DNA of 64,000 nucleotides from Macrostomum lignano. Lineage: Eukaryota. A program made the position numbers and the translations under genes. The DNA lies in NCBI GenBank assembly GCA_002269645.1, contig NIVC01001415.1, forward strand, positions 1-64,000, in the 5' to 3' direction. Under the pieces are notes generated by a model, which had not been told where the DNA came from, did not search any database, and worked only from the letters and a program-made list of their open reading frames with translations. Positions within the stretch are counted from its first letter, which is position 1. Every line of letters starts with the position of its first letter. Of this stretch, positions 62,638 to 64,000 are shown in pieces.

Positions 62638-63581
62638 CTCCGTGTGCGCAACTGGCGATAGTTGGAAAATATTCAGGCTGTGGAGCTGAAGGCACAGCAG
62701 AAAACCGGAGCACGGAGCTGTGTGAGAATGCGCGGCCCTTGTACGGTTTGCCTCTTCTCAGTTTTCACCTGCTCCCTGCCCCATTCCAGCCAAATCCCTA
62801 ACCCAACTCCCCCGCGGTTTCACCTGTACCTGGCGCACCGTCTGGAGCCAGCTCCTCTCAGGAGCTGTACAAGCTTAATAAGCAAGTGAGGGAAGAGAAG
62901 GAGAGAACCGCTCCTGCAAAGAGAAACTGCAGGAGCGATCCTTATGCCCAGCGCACGGTGTATTTGCACTGTACGGCTGGTTGGATGGAATGAAGCAATG
63001 GTTGGAAAGAAAATATAGCCACCTGCTCCCTCTCTCAACCCTCTCTCGACCCTCCTGTTGGGGTTAGTAAAGTTGAGTCGTTTTTTATAGCCGCGGAGAG
63101 CCAACAGAGTAACACGCTTCTGAGTGCATTGAACGCCTTAACTGTGCTACTTTTTAGCTACAATCAGAGGCCTTCGCGACTACATGTGTGACAAGTGACA
63201 AATAAATCGTGATCTCTGTTGCTATGAAGTTTGACGAGTCACAAGCATTGACAAGTTAGCTGTAGAATCACACCTTGTACTAAACCTTTGCGAACTTTCA
63301 CCATGTGTAGTAAATCTCATTAGAGAAAATTCTGCGATAAATATATAGTAATTTGAACTCCCGCGCAAACTATTTCTAGAACATCCTTTCTTCCGGAATG
63401 TTCCGTGGAAAAACTGTAAATATAAAGCACTCTCAATCGCACGGTTGCTGCCTATACCGCCCTCTTGCAAACTACCTTGTTTTCAATTTTATTAAACCAA
63501 TGATACTAAAGAACCACCACCTTTAAGCTTCATTTATTTAGTACCGCTACATCGTAGCAAGTGACAAGTGCCTACGCCTGG

Positions 63582-64000
63582 TAACTGGTCTCTAGTGTCG
63601 TTTCAAACGGTTTGTTGCACAAGTCTAGTGATTTTGACAAGTGCCTAGTAACTGGTCTCTAGTGCCGTTTCAAACGGTTTGTTGCACAAGTCTAGTGATT
63701 TTGACAAGTGCCTAGTAACTGGTCTCTAGTGCCGTTTCAAACGGTTTGTTGCACAAGTCTAGTGATTTTGACAAGTGCTAAGTAACTGGTCTCTAGTGCC
63801 GTTTCAAACGGTTTGTTGCACAAGTCTAGTGATTTTGACAAGTGCCTAGTAACTGGTCTCTAGTGCCGTTTCAAACGGTTTGTTGCACAAGTCTAGTGAT
63901 TTTGACAAGTGCCTAGTAACTGGTCTCTAGTGCCGTTTCAAACGGTTTGTTGCACAAGTCTAGTGATTTTGACAAGTGCCTAGTAACTGGTCTCTAGTGC
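63582..64000. repeat. 67-bp minisatellite, at least 6 copies, truncated by the window end
   Basis: Period of 67 (63661 and 63728); contains the palindrome CCGTTT-C-AAACGG. Confidence 0.95.

Overview
Eukaryotic (metazoan invertebrate) genomic DNA, not prokaryotic. GC-rich spliced exons are separated by GT-AG introns, and almost every larger intron carries its own mini- or microsatellite. This style resembles the flatworm Macrostomum lignano, but the species cannot be proven from this window. I assembled five spliced genes by hand, all with consistent exon phases. (1) A 13-exon type I membrane protein with signal peptide, 5 CUB domains, LDLa, TM and a PDZ-type tail (LEV-10/SOL-1/Neto-like; +6879..24409). 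(2) GBF1, a Sec7 Arf-GEF with 16 coding exons (+28919..48535). (3) Cystinosin (+51399..54490). (4) A highly divergent Na,K-ATPase beta-subunit-like protein with a ~300-aa N-terminal extension (+57652..60276). (5) A CAP59/GT69-like glycosyltransferase, a horizontal-transfer candidate (-60651..62637). Non-coding content includes more than 35 tandem arrays, two copies of a tRNA-derived SINE (one inside a TTAGGG tract), a foldback element nested in a minisatellite, a hairpin flanked by TTAGGG, and a TAGGCCTA-rich AT-rich region. Most long ORFs in the supplied track are translations of tandem repeats. No CRISPR array, rRNA gene or true tRNA gene was found. Family assignments rest on motifs recalled from known proteins, not on database searches.
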